In this document: positions 62,774-64,000 of the stretch, one piece after another
How the letters are laid out: the number at the start of each line of letters is the position of its first letter
Position numbering within the stretch: position 1 is the first letter of the stretch
Origin: an uncultured Acidimicrobiia bacterium
GTDB lineage: Bacteria; Acidobacteriota; Terriglobia; Versatilivoradales; Versatilivoraceae
NCBI GenBank assembly: GCA_963786955.1
Contig: CAWBAT010000006.1
Span: forward strand, 416,001-480,000
Direction of reading: 5' to 3'
Length of the DNA stretch: 64,000 bases
Notes under the pieces: model-generated
Database searches by the model: none
Told to the model about the DNA's origin: nothing
What the model saw: only the letters and a program-made list of their open reading frames with translations
Program-made: the position numbers and the translations under genes

Positions 62774-63682
62774 ATGAACAGTTTCACAGACGGTAAGCCT
62801 CTGGATCAAGGTCCGGGAGGGGGTGCCCCCGTCGTCATTACGCGCCCAAAAACAACCCCACGTTATGGTTTGTTTGCCGTCCTGGCGGGTCTCGCCCTTC
62901 TAGTTTATATCGTTTATGAATTACAAATGACCAAGTCGCAGCTCAAGGCGTTCCAAACTTCTCAAATGGCAAGATCAGCCGCCTTGGAAGAGAAGCTGGT
63001 CGGCCGCTTGGGTGAAAATGAGAAATCTCTTGATTCGCTTCATGCCGATTTCAAAGTTGTTCAAGACAAATTGGGAGTTACTCAACGTGAACTCGATTCT
63101 GCTCGGGCTATGGCCCAGAGAGTCAGAGCAGACACGGAGCAGACCGTCCAGCAGTTGAACCAACAAATATCTAAGAAAGCCGACTCTCAGCAGCTGAGCG
63201 CCTTCAAAGAAGAGGCTTCCACCAAATTGGGCGCTGTTAACAAAGATGTCACAGCGGTCAAGTCCGATGTTGAGGCTACGCGTAAGGAACTGGAAGGCAC
63301 CCGGCGAGATTTGACCGATGTGAAAGATACCTTGTCGCAACAAATTGCACGCAACCGCGATGAACTCCAGCAATTGAGACTCAAGGGAGAAAGAAATTAT
63401 TATGAGTTCGCAATCGACCAGAAAAAGAAGGTAGTTCTGGTTGGCGATATCCGGGTGATGTTGCTAGACGCCAATCCAAAAAAGAAGACTTATGGAGTCC
63501 GAATTGTTGTCGATGACAGTCAACTGGAAAAGAAGAATCGCAGCGTAAATGAATCCATCCAATTCTTAGTCGGTAAAACAAAACTTCGGTATGAACTAGT
63601 CGTGAACGAGGTAAAGAAGGACAACATTTCCGGTTATCTCAGTGTTCCTAAGGACAAAGCGCTTGGTGCCGAGCGGGGCTAG
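62774..63682 (+). CDS. Membrane-anchored coiled-coil protein with C-terminal beta domain (hypothetical)
   Basis: Single TM (YGLFAVLAGLALLVYIVY), long heptad region, IARNRDEL..LR.KGERNYYEF, YELVVNEV.KD.ISGYLSVPK. Confidence 0.8.
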   Translation: MNSFTDGKPLDQGPGGGAPVVITRPKTTPRYGLFAVLAGLALLVYIVYELQMTKSQLKAFQTSQMARSAALEEKLVGRLGENEKSLDSLHADFKVVQDKLGVTQRELDSARAMAQRVRADTEQTVQQLNQQISKKADSQQLSAFKEEASTKLGAVNKDVTAVKSDVEATRKELEGTRRDLTDVKDTLSQQIARNRDELQQLRLKGERNYYEFAIDQKKKVVLVGDIRVMLLDANPKKKTYGVRIVVDDSQLEKKNRSVNESIQFLVGKTKLRYELVVNEVKKDNISGYLSVPKDKALGAERG

Positions 63683-64000
63683 TCCGTAATCTATTTGTAA
63701 CAAGAATGTAAATTCCCTTCTTTGATCACGAATTCGCCATTAACATCCAGGCCGACAACTGATTCCTATGCACCAAATCGCTGTCGACATCATGTCGACA
63801 AATTAGCCTGGACTGAATTACGATTTTGCGTATAATACCTCCCCATGATGGTCCATTCTTTGAGATTTCTTCATTCGACCCGGAAATAACAGTGCCTAGT
63901 GGGCAGGTGAAACGATGAAGAATCGCTTCCTGAGAATATAGCCGTAGATGGGGCAACCGTTTTTCTCTTCGGAGCAGGATAGGACTGGGGATAACTCTTT

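Noticed and set aside
63726-63956. 76 aa minus-strand ORF at the window end
   Set aside because: No RBS or motif. The region looks like a promoter (TG-TATAAT near 63831) for a + strand gene beyond the window.

Overview
A 64 kb bacterial chromosome segment with moderate GC. It is most likely from an Acidobacteriota genome, judging by the Oar-type TonB-dependent receptor, the acidobacterial-type Hfq-like protein and the gene order. Many genes, including essential ones (prfA, dnaE, holB, rpmE, nrdJ, purE/K), are split by single-base indels, which points to an error-prone, long-read-type assembly rather than true pseudogenes. Most content is housekeeping or metabolic: etfAB, class II RNR with NrdR boxes, rpmE-DUF1385-prfA-prmC-hinT, sppA-HU-HIT, a sigma54 two-component pair, tmk-holB, guaA-dnaE-accA, a radical SAM pair, mog, leuCD-like, purEK and an SDR. 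Hidden signals: (1) Two adjacent genes downstream of a TonB receptor each have an in-frame TGA at a redox-Cys position followed by a SECIS-like hairpin: a membrane-anchored DUF3179 protein (UxxC) and a tandem-domain AhpD-like peroxidase (CxxU). Together they form a candidate selenoprotein cluster that the ORF track splits. (2) Three small 'passenger' genes (two four-helix-bundle/IVS-type, one GxxExxY) are each bracketed by mutually complementary short-period repeat arrays. (3) A two-copy MITE with terminal inverted repeats (TIRs) and 8-bp target duplications carries a REP doublet. (4) There are several GTAG-type REP clusters and a long rod-like RNA candidate upstream of the hfq-like gene. No rRNA, tRNA or CRISPR array was seen. 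All calls were made by eye; no searches were run.
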